Assembly (NCBI GenBank): GCA_024679065.1
Contig: JAGIQG010000026.1
Span: 35,960,001-36,024,000 of the forward strand
Direction: 5' to 3'
Source: Sphyrna mokarran
Taxonomy: Eukaryota
DNA length: 64,000 nucleotides
Shown here: positions 38,650 through 52,579 of the stretch, one piece after another
Layout: each line of letters starts with the position of its first letter
How positions within the stretch are numbered: the first letter of the stretch is position 1
The notes under the pieces: model-generated
The model's database searches: none
Told to the model about the DNA's origin: nothing
Seen by the model: the letters and a program-made list of their open reading frames with translations, nothing else
Translations under genes and position numbers: made by a program

Positions 38650-38781
38650 CTGCGGTTGTACGGGGGACGGATTTGAAGCCGGACCGCCTCAAAGGTCAGA
38701 CACCGCCAGGGAGTGCTTCCGGGACCGGTCAATAAGAAGGGCGCCTGGAGCCACTTCCGGTCTCTCGGGCGCGCAGTGAGA
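38650..38781 (+). promoter_or_regulatory. RPL37 CpG-rich promoter and 5' pyrimidine (TOP-like) start
   Basis: CpG-dense; two CTTCCGG Ets/GABP motifs (38716, 38754); CTTCCGGTCTCTC just upstream of the ATG. Confidence 0.75.
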
Positions 38782-38784
38782 ATG
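38782..38784 (+). CDS. RPL37: RPL37 exon 1 (ATG only)
   Basis: ATG|GTGAGT donor in CpG island. Confidence 0.9.
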
Positions 38785-40641
38785 GTGAGTGAGGCAGCGG
38801 GAAGGAGGCCTGGGGACAATCCGTGTCCATCCTCTCCCGGCCGGACCGTTCACACCAGGCCGCCGCTGGGGATTAACTCTACACTCCCCCAGCTACTGCC
38901 CCGCACCGATATCCCGGGCCCTGCCTCATGAAAATGAAGTTAGGCGAAGGATGTAGGCCTTTGTCACCCCATCGCTGCAGCTCGGGGCCTGAGTGCGGCC
39001 TAGTGCCTTCTGGTAGGCAGCGATCCGCAAGGAGGATGACAATGCTCGGGTTGTGCCCCTTTCTGGGCTTACGTGACTGACTGGCGATTTCTGGTTTCCC
39101 CAGGCTGGAGGCAGTGCTCTCTGCAGGGCTGAGTGTCTTGGAGCAGGTTTGCTCTGATGTACTCGCTGCCGTTCACTTACCAATTCTCTCTTCCCCATGT
39201 CAGTGCATTATAGCCTAATAACACGATCCCGAACAAAAACACGAAATGCTGGAAATACTCAGTGCCAGGCAGCATCTGTAGCGAAGGGAGCAGGAGTTAA
39301 CCCTTTAGTTTTGACAGAAGATCACACACCTGATATACTAACTACTCTTTTCTCTGCAGCTACTGCCTAGCCAGACTGTTTCCAGCACTTTCTATTCATA
39401 TTAAGATTTCCAGCATTTGCCTTACTTTGCTTTGGTGACCAGATTCTAAACCTGGTTAGTTCTGTACAGATCTTGACCATTCTGGAGAGCATAATAGAAA
39501 AAGAACATTTAAGCTCATTTTTTTCATTTATTCATTAAGGGCCTAGATTTTCCTCCTTTCAGTTGATTTTTTTTTGTCATACTCATTAGAGTTCAAGTCT
39601 ATAATAGGGGTGTTATAACTGCCCAACTTGTCAGTGTGGAAGGCACGTTCAGGCTACTATGATCGTGATAAACACTACCATCTAAAAGGAACCTTCACAA
39701 GTATACCTAATAAAGCACGTACTTGTCTTTTGACACTTCATACATCATTGTTACAAGTACAGTATTATGGATGGAAGTAAGATTTTGGTTTCATGTTTGT
39801 CTCTGACCACTTCTGATGTACAAATTATTCTGTTGAAAGCAAATAAATTTGACTCACTCCCATAGTTGTCTGGCTCCAGGTCTATTATAAAATTATACAT
39901 AGAGCATCCATCAAATCTATTGGTTATACAAAAAACTGACCAATGTAGTCGTGTTCACAGTGTACAGGTTAGACCATATCAACCAGTTTTAAATGAAGCA
40001 TGAGAAGATGTTTCTGACATCTTCACTGACCACGGGTCACTGGCACAACACCAAAATAATAATGCAATTAAAGTTCATTCACCTGAAATATCTGTGTCTC
40101 TGCATAGCCATTGCTTGAATTGTCAAATACTTCAAGTATTTTCTGCTTTTGATTAGAAAGTAGTTTGTTGAGTATAAATATACTATTATACTGCAGCCAT
40201 CATTTGTAGCATCAGTGCAATTAAGGGACCAATCTAGTTGGCTATATGATCAAGAAATGGATAAATGACTATGCTAACAGAGTTAGATGAAATAGTTATG
40301 TATAGCATTAGCAGTGCTATAAAACAGGTTGAATGGCCTGACTGCAGCCCATTCTATGGTAGTTCTATTCTTGTGCAGCATATTCCATGGAGAAGCACCA
40401 TAAATGTGTTGCCGGGAGAGCTGTGTTTGGAGTCTTTGTCACTCGTTTTGTTCTATGCCATTCATGTTAGGAGTTTTAATATGTTAACAGCTGTTTGTTT
40501 TCATCTGGCTTGACTTGACCTTTAGGTTGGATTGGCTGGAGTTAATCGCTCTCCCATTCCTGTTCCTTAAAACGCCAGTAGGGATGGGAGGATACAAAGA
40601 GATTGGATCATTCAGAAACAGTTTGGTGATACTTTCAGTAA

Positions 40642-40821
<180 letters not shown>

Positions 40822-41882
40822 TAGGGGGGGGTAGCCATAGCCCGAAGGACCTAATACCCTTGATATAAATATGTTCTTTTTACTCTTGTTGGAATGTAAT
40901 TCTAATACCGTGGCGTGAAAGTTGTCTGTCTTTGAGCATGAGCTGTGGCATTGAGTGTTGACCAGTTCTTTGTCTGTTTCTGCAATTTGAATCTATCGTT
41001 GTTCAAATCGTGCCTGCTTCAACAGGAATCCCTGGTTTCTGGAGCCTGCCTGGTTTAAACAAATTGTGCTATTTACTTTGGATTATAAGTTTACAACTTG
41101 CAATTGTTGCGCCATTAAGGAATGGATGCAGTATCTACAAAGATTTTGTACCAGCTGAGACAAACTAATTGTACTTAGTGTCAAAGGTTTATGTAAGGTG
41201 GTATGGTTGACTGTCAGGTAAAGATAGGATTTCGTTCATTTGTGATGTCCTTTGTTCAATTGCTGAAGTTTGCTACATTTCACCTGATAGTTATAATTAG
41301 ATATTTGGATTAAGGATCAGTAGATGGCTGCCATCTTTTCTAAAATGAAATATGAGATAGGGAAATTAGTGCTTCCAGTAACCCATTGATAGCTTTGTTG
41401 CTTTAGAAGTTGAGCATTTGAAATGTTTGATGTCATTGATAGAATAATTGTAGCAGACAGATCATTTTACCAATTAGATTCATGCAGGTATTTTTCTGCA
41501 AATGAATTATTTGGTCTGATTTCACTCTTAATGGAATCCTAAACCCTCAATCTTTCCCAATCAACAACCTAATCACCTTTTAAAGGAAATTGTGTGCTCT
41601 ACTTCAGCAATGGGTACGCATTCATAACCAATCGCTGCAAACAAAAATGCTTTGTACTTATCTTCCATTTCTGCCTGATAATTTGACCAGACAAAGCAAA
41701 TTGTGGCTGTTTGACTTGAGTTCTTAAGGAATTTGAAAATCTCAATTAGATCAACCTTCATTCTAACTCCTCCTTGTCACATGTCACTTTGCTGCTTTTA
41801 ATTGTTTGACACCTGGAGTAAGCTTTGTAACTGCTGCTTGGTTATGTGGACCTGATGGACTGGGACATCTCAGGTTGGATAA

Positions 41883-42032
<150 letters not shown>

Positions 42033-42781
42033 TAAGGGATGCAGTGACAGTAGCTACTCATAATGATCATGGGAGCAGGGTAAAAGTGCTCGATCACTGA
42101 ACCAATGCATTGTGATCAAAAGTCTACTTTTCCACCAGATGAAAGATAGAAAATTGTAACAGGCTGCTAGAAAGCTCTGTTAGGAAGTTTCCCTGGGAGG
42201 AGGTAGTGTTGGAGACAGTGCATGTCCTGGATGTTGTGCGGTGATTAGGGAGCTGTATCTAGAAATGGAGATGTTGGGGGCAGGATCGCTCTAGTTGGGA
42301 TGTGTACCTGGGAAAGGGTTACGTGTCAGGGTATGTACTCCGGAAAGGGCAGTGTGTTGGGGCTTGTGTACCTGGGAAGGGGCAGTGTGTTGGGGGGGTG
42401 TACCCAGGAAAGTGCAGTGTGTTGGGGGTGTATATGTGGAAGGAGCAGTGTTTGATTTGATTTATTATTGTCACATGTATATAGTGAAAAGTATACCATT
42501 CATAGAGAAGGAAATGAGAGAGTGCAGGATGTCGTGTTATAGTCGTAGCTAGAATGGTATATCTTGGTGTGGCTGGGTCAAAATACTGACTCCGCTCTCT
42601 GAAATCTAGTTTGAATCTAACCCACTGTCGTATTTTCAATATCCAAAATCAAATTAGTTTGGACGCTTCTGGAATTCTGGAAGTATTTAGAATACCCTGT
42701 AATTCCTGCTGCCAATCAGAAAGATTGCAGGGATAATTGCACATAAGTCTATATTGCAGCCTATAGTGCATGCACAGTTAG

Positions 42782-42925
42782 AGTCATAGAATTCCTACAG
42801 TGCAAATGGAGCCATTGGGCCCACCAAGCCTGAACCGGCAATAATCCCACTGAGACACCACGTTTTTACCCGCTTTTCTCCCTGACACTAAGGAGCAATT
42901 TGCATGGCCAATCAACCTAGCCTGG
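42782..42925 (-). mobile_element. HE1-like SINE 3' fragment
   Basis: CATAGAATTCCTACAGTGCA...GCATGGCCAATCAACCTA. Confidence 0.7.
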
Positions 42926-43819
42926 ATTTTGGCATCAATTTCACTGCAACGTAGTCTTTACAAAACGTTTTAAGGCCATAAAACAGAAGGAATATATTGC
43001 AGTGCTTCATCTGATTTGACTTGGGGAATGGCCTCGATCGGGGGCACAAAGATCAACCAAAATGCCTCGAGCAACGTAGTCCAAATCTGTGATTAAAATT
43101 GGGTGTTATGAAATTCATATCTAATACTTGTGTGTTTTCTGTTTTTTAAATGTTATTCCCTCTCGTTACATTTTGTCAATTTTTCCATTCTAAATTCCTG
43201 TGTCAGTGTTCACAATGGAACTGTGTAAATGTGGCATATGATGATTGCTCTCAATGATGGTGCTGTGGTCTTGGTGTTTTTTACCATCTCAAAGTTGTGT
43301 TTATAATATAAAATCCATATAATTCGCATCTATGGAATTGGACTCAAATTTAATTTTCAAGTGACCAGGTTAGAAAGTAGGTTATAATTTGGATCGGGCT
43401 GTGCTTTTACCTATTTTAAAGCCCTTATTATTGATATACTTTCATACAAAATACTTTTGGTTAAAGGAGGAAGAACTTTGCACCCCTCAGGTCCTTGGCA
43501 TGTTCCAAAGTGCCATGATGCAAAAACTGGGGCATTTGGGAGGCTTAGGGGTTTCCTGGCAGTAGAGGCCATGGAGCTTGGATGTATAAAACTAACACCA
43601 GTGTGACTGTTGATTGGAGGGCTTAATTTCAGCATCAGTCTAGATGGATTGTGTCTGCGTGTACTAACGAGTGATGGAAGAGACAGTATTGTGAAAATAT
43701 AAAATAAATTATTGGAAGGAATGGTGCCAGGGAATCGGTGGACAGGTGGTGTTAAGTCTTATAATGAAAAAGATAGGACTAGAACAAGGAGTGGTCTGCT
43801 TAACCCAGTTGAGCTATTT

Positions 43820-44915
43820 CTTTTATTTGATGAGTTCATGGCTGATCTGTGACCTAACTCCATAAATCTGCTGTTGACCTGAATTCATTCTTACATTTGA
43901 TCCATAAAATTTATCAGTATCTGTTTAAAGAGTAACAATTGATCTGATATCAGTTGAAGTTAGAGGATGAAAGTTCCAATTTTCTACCACTCATCGATTG
44001 TCCTGAGAAGCCTGGCTCTAATTTTCAGTCTGTGGCACCTTGTGCTATATTCTCCAACAGTGAAATTAGTTTCTTTTCACTCTTACCTGTTCTTGCAATG
44101 TCTTGATCAAATCATACCTTTACCATTTAAATTCTAATTCACCATTAGTTTTTTTTAAATATCTCCTCATAATTTAATCCTTGGAATCCAGGTATCACTC
44201 TGGTTAATCCAGTCTGCACTCTATCCAAGCCAGTATCTCCTTCCTGAGATGTGTTGCCCAGCCCAGAACTGTTCACAATATTACAGGTGTGATCTACCCA
44301 GGGATTTGAATAGCTGAATTGTGATTTGAATGCTAGTTCCCTAGATGTAAAAGTCAGTATTCCATAAGCATTTTTGATTATTTTCTGTATCTGTTTAATT
44401 GCAGTTTAATGATCTTTAACCTGGAAACCTCTTTGGCCCTTCAGTGTTTAGTTTTTTATCATATGTAGTGTGCCTTGTTCTTGCACCCAAATTAGATGAC
44501 CTTGCATTTAGCTATATTCTAATTCATTTGCCAGAGTTTTGTTCATGCATTTAATCTATTAATACCTTCATAATTTTATATTTTCGTCTACACTATTTAC
44601 GATACTATCTTTGTCATCAGCAAGATAGAATTAGCAGCTTTCAGTCTCATCAACTAAGTTATTAATACATGATGAATGGGTAAGATGCAGGCACAGATGC
44701 TGGCAAAGCACCAATAGTCACAGCTAACGAATTCAAATACCCGACAACCCGTCCTCAGTATGGCCATTCTGCCAATTTTCTCACCAAGACAATAATTTGT
44801 CTTCAATTCCATGAACTTCAACTTCAGCTAGCAATCGATTATGAGCAACTAAATCAAATATCTTATGCAAGTTCATATAAATGTTATCCATAGACATTCC
44901 TCTGTCCACTACTTT
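43820..44915 (-). mobile_element. Old CR1 fragment in RPL37 intron 3
   Basis: CCCAGAACTGTTCACAATATT and TTGTCATCAGCAA (ADD) on minus strand. Confidence 0.65.
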
Positions 44916-45179
44916 GATTTTTTTATTTGAAAATATGACTAATCAGGTTTGTCAAAATTACTCAGAACTGTAGACCTTCGCTTAGTGGCAGGACAAGTAA
45001 TGGAATCTGTACTCATTGTATGAGAGGATGATTGAGGAAAAGTTAAGCTGCATTTGATCACAGATTAGATAGAGTGATTCCTGCAGAGGAGTAAAGTGGT
45101 GCTGTGAGTTTAAGAGAATGTAGTAATGTAATTAATGCATGAGATATCTATGGAGAGAATTTGTTCTTATTTAAAGATG

Positions 45180-45435
45180 ATTTATTTATTTGTCACAAGT
45201 AGGCTTATATTAATATTGCAATGAAGTTACTGTGAAAATCCCCTAGTTGTTCACAACACCTGTTCAGGTACACTGAGGGAGAATTTAGCATGGCCAATGC
45301 ACCTAGCCAGCACACGTTTGGATGATAGGAGGAAATGCATGCAGATATGGGAAGAACGTGCAAACTCTACACAGACAGTGAGCCAAGCTGGGAATTGTAC
45401 TTGGGTCTCTGTGAGGTAGAGTCCTTGCCACTGTG
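45180..45435 (-). mobile_element. HE1-like SINE
   Basis: Reverse-complement core and tail. Confidence 0.8.
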
Positions 45436-45561
45436 ACAGCACTATCTGTTGGGATTGTTCAGGTGCTTTCAGGGAGACATCCTGGGAACTTGCATTTGTT
45501 TGAAATCTTTGCTATTGATTATTATGCTGTCCTTACCGCCTCCTTGTTGTCTTGATTGTAG

Positions 45562-45631
45562 GAATGGATTCCGTGAAGGGACCACCCCGAAGCCAAGGCG
45601 TTCCACAATGGCTTCCTCCAGCACTGCATAA
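45562..45631 (+). CDS. RPL37: RPL37 exon 4
   Basis: NGFREGTTPKPRRSTMASSSTA*; the four exons total 97 aa. Confidence 0.97.
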
Positions 45632-45654
45632 AGTATCAGTGTACCTACGCAACA

Positions 45655-45660
45655 AATAAA
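45655..45660 (+). terminator. RPL37 polyadenylation signal
   Basis: AATAAA 24 nt after the stop, followed by GT/T-rich sequence. Confidence 0.85.
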
Positions 45661-47599
45661 GTTATGGTTTGGAAAAATTTCTGTGCTTTCCTCTGTTTGG
45701 TTTTTGTATCCAGGCTCCTCCCACATCTGTTTTAAAAAGTCCAACCTAACACCAAATAATCTTGATCAGTGTTTGACATCTGTGTGTGTATGGCGGGGAG
45801 GGGGTCAGATGCGCCCAGTTTGTTGCACTATAGCAGTGCAGTGGGCTGGGAGGCCAAGTAGCGGGCTCCCTGCTGGGCACCAAAGTCTCTGTTTCACCGA
45901 GCCCTGACTTTCTGGAAATTGCCATGGAACTAATATAAATACTATAATTGTTTAAATCTTATTAACAGGCCTGAAGTCTCTGAGCCTGCTAGCCTCTCCT
46001 CTTCCCCCTGCCACTAAGGGGGAGCTGGCGGCCTGACCTCGCTAAGGTGAAGAGAGACCCCCAGGAGGTCAGGATCAGGGGTAAGGGGTGTGGCCCTGGG
46101 CTATACCAGCTTGGCCCCTTGGCAGTGCTGGGTGTGGTCAGTAAGCCAGAGATAAGGAGCCGGCCAGCGATTGGGAGGCCGGCAATGTAGTGCTACTGCG
46201 TATATACGTGCTGACAGATTGGTGCATGCGCAGTGGCTGATCACCGCTATCCTGCTGGCCTCTCCAGTGGAAATTAATTCAATGTGAATCTCACTAGGAT
46301 GCTCAGCAGCGCACAGAGCGGGAGATTCATTTTGAAAATCACACTTAAAAATACAGTGGGAATTATTCCCATTCTCACACAAATTTGGCACTTAAAATTT
46401 TTTGGGGAGAATCCCAGCCCTGTGTTATATGGTGGGAGCTGAATTAATATGAGAAAAGTGCTATAGGAGGTGAGTAGTTTGTGTGTGTGCCAGCTTATCT
46501 CAAAGAATATCTCAATTCTACTTCCCTGCCTCTCAGCCTTACAGAATTCTTCTTTCACATTTATGCCTCTTGAAAGTTAGTAACTATATTCTTTCAGGCA
46601 TTCATTCCAAATCACAACTCCAGAAAAATGATCCCTTTTTGGTTGGTTTGCCATTGTTTGAAAATGCTTTGTCCCCTGGTGACTGCCCCCCCCCCAACCC
46701 CTACTAGAGCAGAAAGATTTAGTTTTAGTCAATCCAATTTAAGTGGGTTGAGGGAGTAGTTATACAAAGACTGGAGAACATACTCAGCCACAGCTTCTAA
46801 TCTATGCAGTACTCCTGCTTGAAACAAAGTCACTGTTGAGCATGAGATAGTGTTTGGATTTGACATTTGTTTTTTGCGCTAGTGATTGAGTATTGGATTT
46901 ATACATGAAGATTGGAGGCTTCAGTGGCAAAGAATATGATGACACAGCTGAGAAGAGCTCTGAGGCACATCACAATAACTTGAACGAGGGAGTGTGCTGA
47001 AGTCTTAAAGGAGAGGTGTTGGAAAAGACTGATCGTTGTGGAAGAAAAAGTAAGAATGTGATCTAGCTATGAAGCATAAGAATGTAAAATATATGATCAG
47101 AAATGGACTATTTAGCCCTTGGGCCTACTTTGCAATTCAGCACAATCATGGCTAATTTGATTCAACTATATTTTCCCACCTATTCTCCATATCCCTTGGT
47201 CCCCTAAGATCTAAAACCTGTCTTCTCAGCCTTGAACGTACTCAAATAATGGAGTATCAAGAGGGGGAGGGGAGTGGGGTAGAGAATTCCAAAGATTCCC
47301 AGTCCTACACATGAACAATTCTTTCCTTATTTCCACTAAATGATCAGCCCTGAAATAATGCTCCAGTGTTCTAGGTTCCTGACCAAAGGAAACAACCTCT
47401 CAGTATTTACCCTCTTACACCCTTTCAGAATCTTGTATGCTTCCAGGAGATATCCTCTTATTCTTCTGTAGACCTGGTTTATGCTGCCTCATGATGGGCC
47501 AGTAATTATAAATTCCAAACAGCTCATTCTTGAGATATTCCACTAATTACAATTTGCTAACTTGAAAATACCCTTTATATCCACATTCTCTGCTCTGTT

Positions 47600-48600
47600 C
47601 ATTCCCAAACTCCATGGTCTGGGGCCTCAGCTCCTCCTGCTGTGACTGGATCCTGAACTTCCTAATCCATAAGATCACTATCAGTAAGGATAGGCAAAAC
47701 CTCCATGATCATCCTTTACACTGGTGCCCCAGAAGGCTGTGTTCTCAGACCGTTACTATACTCATACAGCAATGACTATGGCCAAATTCCCCTCCAACTC
47801 TTATTTTCAAGTTTGCTGACGACACCATAGTGGGTTGAATCTCAAACAATGAACAGAGTACAAGAATCAGATAAAGAATCTGGTGAACTGATGCAGCAAC
47901 AATAATCTCTCCTGTGATGTCAACAAAACGAAGAAGATTATCATCGACTTCAGGAGAACATGCCCCTCTCTATATCAATAGGGATGAAGTAGGATTGAGA
48001 GCTTCAAGTTTTTAAGTGTCCAGATCAACAACCTGTCTTGGTCCCTCCATGCAGACACTAGTTAAGAAAGCCCATCAATGCCTCTTGCAGAAGACTAAGG
48101 AAATCTGGCATGTCAGTTACAACTCTCCAACTTTTACAAAAGTACCACAGAAAGCATTCTTCCTGGTTGTATTGTAGTTTGGTATCGTTCCTCCTCTGCT
48201 TGAGACTGCAAGAAATTGCAAAAGATCATGAATGTAGCCCAATTCATCACGCAAACCAGCCTGCTGTCCATTGACTCTGTGTATATTCCCGCCAAAGCAG
48301 CAGCATAATTAAGGAGCCCACGTACTCTGGACATTCTCTCTTTCTCCACATTCAGTCAGGAAAAAAATATAAAGTCTGTGGTCATGTACAAACGACTCAA
48401 GAACAGCTTCTTCCCTGTTGCCATCAGACTTTTGAATGGATTTACTTTGCACTGTGATCTTTTTTACATCCTAGCTATGACTAACACTACATTCTGCACG
48501 CTCATTTTCTTCTCTATGAATGGTATGCTTTACAATGTACAAGAAACAATACTTTTCCTTTATGTTAATTTATGTGATAATAATGAATCAGATCAAATTA
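47600..48600 (+). mobile_element. Rex1/Babar LINE 3' part
   Basis: FKFADDTIVG, RLKNSFFPVAIRLLN; paralogous to 33280-34362. Confidence 0.85.
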
Positions 48601-48726
48601 AGCAATTCTCCATCTGCAAATTAGTATACCAAACTGCATTAGCCCTTGTTCATTATTCATTTATGGGTCATGGGTATCGCTGGCTGGCCAGCGTTTATTT
48701 TCCATTCCTTTTTGCCTGAGGGCAGT

Positions 48727-49854
48727 TAAGAGTCAGCACTATAGTTGTCTCAACACTCTGGCTGTGGCTCTGGAGTCCAATGTAGGCAAGATCAGGAAGG
48801 CAGATTTCCTTCCCTACAGCACATTAATGAATCAGATGGGTTTTTCCGAAAAATGGTTTCATGGTCATCAATAGTTTTTAATTCCAGATTTTTTTAAATT
48901 TGAATTTAAATTCCACTATCTGCTATGGAAGTATTTAAACTCAGATTCTCAGAACATTAGCTGAGTTTCTGGATCAATAGTCTAGTGATAAAAATACTAG
49001 GTCATCATCTCCCCCAATCTTTTATATGGAGCAAATGTCTTTGGTTATCCAAGTATACTCCATCTGTTTGCACCTGTTTATCTATTCTGCTAGTTACATT
49101 ATAATCCCTGGGCAAACTTTCAAATTCTGTTAAGATCTAGTTAGGGTCCAATAACTTTTGTTGTAAAAGTAGATGAAAGTTGAAATCCAAGTTACTAACA
49201 GAATATAGAAGGGGTGAGCAATCTCGACTAGCACCCGTTAAAGGTGCATGTGTAATGTTACTGATGTGCGCTCATTCACTGCTCAGTGTTTACCACTGAC
49301 TTCTCCCTCGCCACAATGTTCACCATCCTGATCAGTCAAGGCAAAATACATGATTTTTGGATAAATATAGGCTTTGCCTGTTGCTTAAATTAAGTAGACA
49401 TAAATACTTCAAAAATGGACCATTAGAGGATTTGTCAACTCATGAAGGAAGCACCTTATTAACCATATTTGCTGAGTTTGATGGCTCTAATGCCCTTTCC
49501 CCGAGCTGCCAGTATTAATATTCTGTTTATGTTAGTGCAGTTTCATTCTTTTTTGATGCAGACATCACTGACAAATGCTACGATTGCAGTCCCGGCAGTT
49601 ACCATTGGCAACAAATGTGATTGTTACAAAATCTTCTACAACTCTTGTTTCAGCTCTCTTTCAAGGCTGAAAGAGATTCAGCACTGTAGTTGACAAAAGA
49701 CAAAAACTATTGATGACCATGAAACCATTTTTCGGAAAAACCCATCTGATTCATTAATGTCCTGTAGGGAAGGAAATCTGCCATCCTGATCTTGCCTACA
49801 TTGGACTCCAGAGCCACAGCCAGAGTGTTGAGACAACTATAGTGCTGACTCTTA
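48727..49854. repeat. 153-bp inverted repeat (48727-48879 / 49702-49854)
   Basis: Arms are reverse complements with 2 mismatches, 822-bp spacer; derived from a SINE-like repeat. Confidence 0.92.
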
Positions 49855-50319
49855 TAGTAGACTTGATATCACTCATTTGGATTGTCTTAGCAGCTTCTCG
49901 CCTCCCAGTTGCTCAACCTCTTCTCTTAAGATTATGACCCACTATAATTCATAGGACTGATCCCCGTATCTAATCATCGCACGCTACTGCCTCCCGAATT
50001 TGGATTTGATTTATTATCACATATTATCACTGTATTTGTAACAAGTGACAAGTATTGTTTCTTGCGCACTATACAGACAAAGCATACTGTTCATAGAGAA
50101 GGAAAGGAGAGAGTGCAGAGTGTTACAGTCTGTAGAGAAAGATCAACTTAATGAGTTAGAATAAAGCAGAGCGAGAGTAAAAGAATTAGAAGGTATACTG
50201 GACACAACTTGCAAGAATTCATCACGCTCCAACGCCATCTTGAAATCCTGCTATCTGCCTTCTCAGGAGAAGAATCCCTGAGCCCAGTCTGTCAGCTGGG
50301 ACTTAGTTCCAGGTGTCCT

Positions 50320-51500
50320 TCCAGTCTTAGTTCAAACATAGACAAAAGTTTTGAACTCAAGAGGTGAGGTGAGAGTGACTACCTTATGCATCAAGGCAGT
50401 ATTTGGCTGAGTCAAAGAGCCTCAGAAAAACAGGGGTCATTGAGAATCAAGGAAAACATCCCATTGATTGGGAATCATACCTAATACAAGGAAACATAGT
50501 TGTGGCTGTTGGAGGTCAATCATCTCAGTACTCGCCATGACTATAGGAGTTCCCCGGAGTAGTGCCCTCGACCCAACCATCTTCAGCTACTTCATCAATG
50601 ACTTTCCTTTCATCACAAGGTTAGAAGTGGGGATGTTCACTGTTGATTGCACAATTGTCAGCACCATTCAGATACTGAAGCAGTTCACACCCACATGCGG
50701 GAAGACCAGATCAGCAGTCAGGCTTGGGCTGATCAGTGGCAAATAACATTGCTACACAAGTGCCAGACAATGACCATCTCCAACAAGAGTGAATTCAATT
50801 ATCACTCCTTGATATTCATGGCATTGCTAAATCTGAATTCCCCACTATCAGCATCCAGGGAGTTACAAATTGACTAGAAACTAAACTAAACCGTCATATA
50901 AATACTATGACTACAAAAGCAGGTCAGAGGCTGTTTATGAATTCTATGGTGAGTAATTTTGACTTCCCAAAGCTTGTTCACCATCTACAAGACACAAGTC
51001 AGGAGTGGTGGAATACTTTCCCCTTGTCCAAATGCAATTCCATCAACATTCAAGAAGCTCAACACCATTCAGGATAGAGCAGTTTGCTTGATTGGCATCC
51101 TACCCACCAGGTCCAACTGACCAAATATAGTGGCAACAGTGTCTATCATCTACAAGAGCATTGTACCAACTCACCAAGCATCCTTCGACAGCACCTTCCA
51201 AATCTGTGATTTTCACCATCTAGAAGGGTAACGGTAGCAAATGCATGGGAACACTACCATCCGCAAGTTACTCCTTCAAGCCACGCAGCATCCTGATTTG
51301 GAAATATATTGACATCCCTTCACTATCGCTAGGTCAAAATCCTGGAACTCGCCCCAAGGATACACCACACGGATTGCAGTGCTTCAAGAGGGCAGCTCAT
51401 CATAACCTTCTCAAGGACAATTAGCAATGTATAATAAAATATAATGTATAATAATAAATTGGTCAACAACATTTATGTCCCTGAAAGAACTTTTAAAAAA
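50320..51500 (+). mobile_element. CR1/L2-type LINE RT to 3' end
   Basis: GVPRSSALDPTIFSYFINDFP..VGMFTVDCT. Confidence 0.8.
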
Positions 51501-52239
51501 AGCTACACTGACCAAATATTAAGTCCCAAATCCCAGCTGCTCTGAGCGATGCTGCTCTGGGGCCCTCCCTAAGATCCCATTCTCCGTTGCAGTCAATAGC
51601 TCCAAGGATCTCTCCAAGCCCCAGTCCCTCAGGAGCACAGAGCTAATGGACACACTTGAGCTGCATGGAGCCATTCCTCTCCTTTGTGTTCTTTCGATCC
51701 ATCATGTGGGCAAATGTTTTGTGCCCCATGGTCGTCGTTACACACCACCATGCATGTACATTGCCCAATCCCCACAGCTGCAAAAGAACATTAGAAACTG
51801 AGCTTGTGTGTGGCCTGTCTCTATGCCTCCCTCAGCACCTGCATGCAACTCCCAGGCATGTTGGGAATTGTAATCCTTGGCCAATGTGTGGAAAACACAC
51901 CAAAACAACCAGGAAAGTAAATCCCCACACACCATCTCAAAAAGTTTTGCTAAATTTGACACAACATGATTTCTTTTTGGTAAAACCACGTTGAATTTGT
52001 CCAGTCATACTCAAACTTCCTACGTGCTTTGTCAAGATTTCCTCAATAATAGATTCCTGCATTTTCCTGATTGATGTCAGGCAAAGTGGCTGCCTTCTGT
52101 CTCCTTGATTGAATAATGACGTCACATTTACTAACCTTCAATTCACTCTGACAATTTACCAGGAAAACCATAATCTGTGCATCCATGACCTAGCTGATCC
52201 GATTGGAGCTGCCTGCAGCACAACCAGAGTAGTTAATGT

Positions 52240-52579
52240 ATGATAGAATCTTTGAATTGCTACAGTGCAGAAGAAGGCCATTCAGCCCATCGAGTCTGCA
52301 CCGACTTTCCAACAGAGCATCTCACCCAGGCACTCTTCTGTCCTTCTGTGAAATCCCACACGTTGATCTTGCTAATTCCCCTAACCTGCACATCTTGGGA
52401 CACTAAAGAACAATTTAGCCTGGCCAATCCACTTTTGGACTGTGGGAAAAAATCCTGGAGCACCCAGAAGGGGACACACGCAGACACAGGGAGAATGTGC
52501 CGACTCTACACCAACAGTGATCCGAACCCAGGTCCCTGGTGCTGTAAAGCAGCAGTGCTAATCACTGTGCTACCGTGCT
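52240..52579 (-). mobile_element. HE1-like SINE
   Basis: Reverse-complement full copy. Confidence 0.85.

Noticed and set aside
41242-41287. GTGATGT...CTGA C/D-like pair in RPL37 intron 2
   Set aside because: Too short, no terminal stem, no recognisable rRNA guide.
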